From Dimorphilus gyrociliatus (Eukaryota; Animalia; Annelida), in NCBI GenBank assembly GCA_904063045.1, contig CAJFCJ010000001.1, positions 310,001 to 374,000 of the forward strand: a DNA stretch of 64,000 nucleotides. The letters run 5' to 3'. The notes under the pieces were generated by a model that saw only the letters and a list, made by a program, of their open reading frames with translations, made no database searches and had not been told where the DNA came from. Positions 63,201 through 64,000 of this stretch are shown in pieces. A program made the translations under genes and the position numbers. The stretch's first letter is position 1; each line of letters begins with the position of its first letter.

Positions 63201-63583
63201 GCCTTGGAGAAAGAAAAAGCGCTGCCTAATTGCGAAATGGGTTAGGTCAACCGTAACATTTTGTAATTTCTTTTAATAGCATAAAATTATTTCAACATAG
63301 ATAAAATAAGGGAAGAGAACAGACGGTTGAAAGAGGAGGCTAAACGCCTAATCGAACGTAATCGGGAATTGGAAAGTTCCGCTCAGTTGAGCGGCATGTT
63401 GCAACAAAGTCATAAGTATGATACATTTCGCCATCTATTATCATTTTCTTTTGAAAAAATATCTCCTTACGAAACATCTGTCTTTTGATTTATAGGTCGC
63501 TCATGGAAACCAACGATAGATTACTGAAAGAGTTACGGAATAAGGATATTTCGTCTACAAATGGTCAAAGCGAACTTTCATAA
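60254..63583 (+). CDS. CEP72: Centrosomal protein CEP72 / LRRC36-like (exons 60254-60317, 61344-61471, 61552-61744, 61871-62161, 62231-62289, 62421-62987, 63135-63240, 63301-63415, 63496-63583)
   Basis: N-terminal LRRs SLCLPG..KITQLGNSL..LKCLDLSRN..LEKLNLYYN..LDLRLNPV, LRR cap YRLFLIHMLPRLRKLDDRPV and C-terminal coiled coil MLQQSHKSLMETNDRLLKEL. Nine exons join in frame. Confidence 0.88.
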
Positions 63584-64000
63584 ATGAACTAACTGTTTGA
63601 ACAAGCAAATCAACACCGTCCATTTTTTTTGCATAATTTCTTTTTTAGTATTCTTTGAAGTTTGGTGCCAAAGCTAATTTTCGTCCTTTTTGTTAACTGA
63701 ACCACGTTATTACTAACTAATTTTCTTTTTAAACAACAAGTTTTGCAATATTTTTACTATTAAAATTATAATAATCATTATAAAGATTACCAAGATTAAT
63801 AATTTTTTTTTACATTTTTTACTTGCCGTGTGGTTTGATAATCTGATACAATATATTGAGAAGAGCGAACAGTAGAATACAGAAAAAGGTATAACCTCTT
63901 TTACATATTGAAGAGCAAGTTTTAGTAGGTGTACAACTGTAAATTAAGGAGCGAGCGAAAAGTTTATTTCCTATTTTACATACGGTCTTTTTTGTTCAGC

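Noticed and set aside
1-64000. CRISPR arrays, rRNA, intact transposons, prokaryotic operons
   Set aside because: I saw no regularly spaced repeats, rRNA-like blocks, transposase/RT/integrase ORFs or terminal repeats; the genes are spliced and eukaryotic.

Overview
Eukaryotic, AT-rich (roughly one third GC by eye), gene-dense window with many 50-100 nt GT-AG introns. It looks like a compact lophotrochozoan genome; an annelid such as Dimorphilus is my inference, not something the sequence proves. I reconstructed 14 spliced protein-coding genes by hand: a Cip/Kip CDK inhibitor (-); a same-strand trio of single-pass CUB receptors (SUEL-lectin/CUB/Sushi receptor A, a 5xCUB-LDLa LEV-10-like protein, and paralogous receptor C); PHLPP (-); an achaete-scute bHLH (+); an orphan Arg-rich secreted protein (+); a GT7 beta-1,4-GalNAc-transferase-like enzyme (+); SLC12A8 (+); an ankyrin/SOCS-box protein (+); KCNQ1 (-); a 3-exon secreted Cys-rich precursor that the ORF track does not assemble (-); a DTHD1-like ZU5/death-domain protein (+); a Hes/hairy repressor (-); and CEP72/LRRC36 (+). 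I found no convincing tRNA, rRNA, CRISPR array or intact transposon. Best leads: (1) the Cys-rich two-domain precursor just upstream of KCNQ1; (2) the CUB-receptor trio; (3) the Arg-rich secreted orphan; (4) a strongly over-represented CTCF-like motif at gene boundaries and in introns; (5) candidate mutually exclusive exons in the KCNQ1 A-B linker; (6) Cip/Kip + achaete-scute + KCNQ1 within 48 kb, echoing human 11p15.5; (7) motif evidence for a linked proneural-Hes feedback pair. All gene models and motif counts were made by eye and need RNA-seq or computational confirmation.
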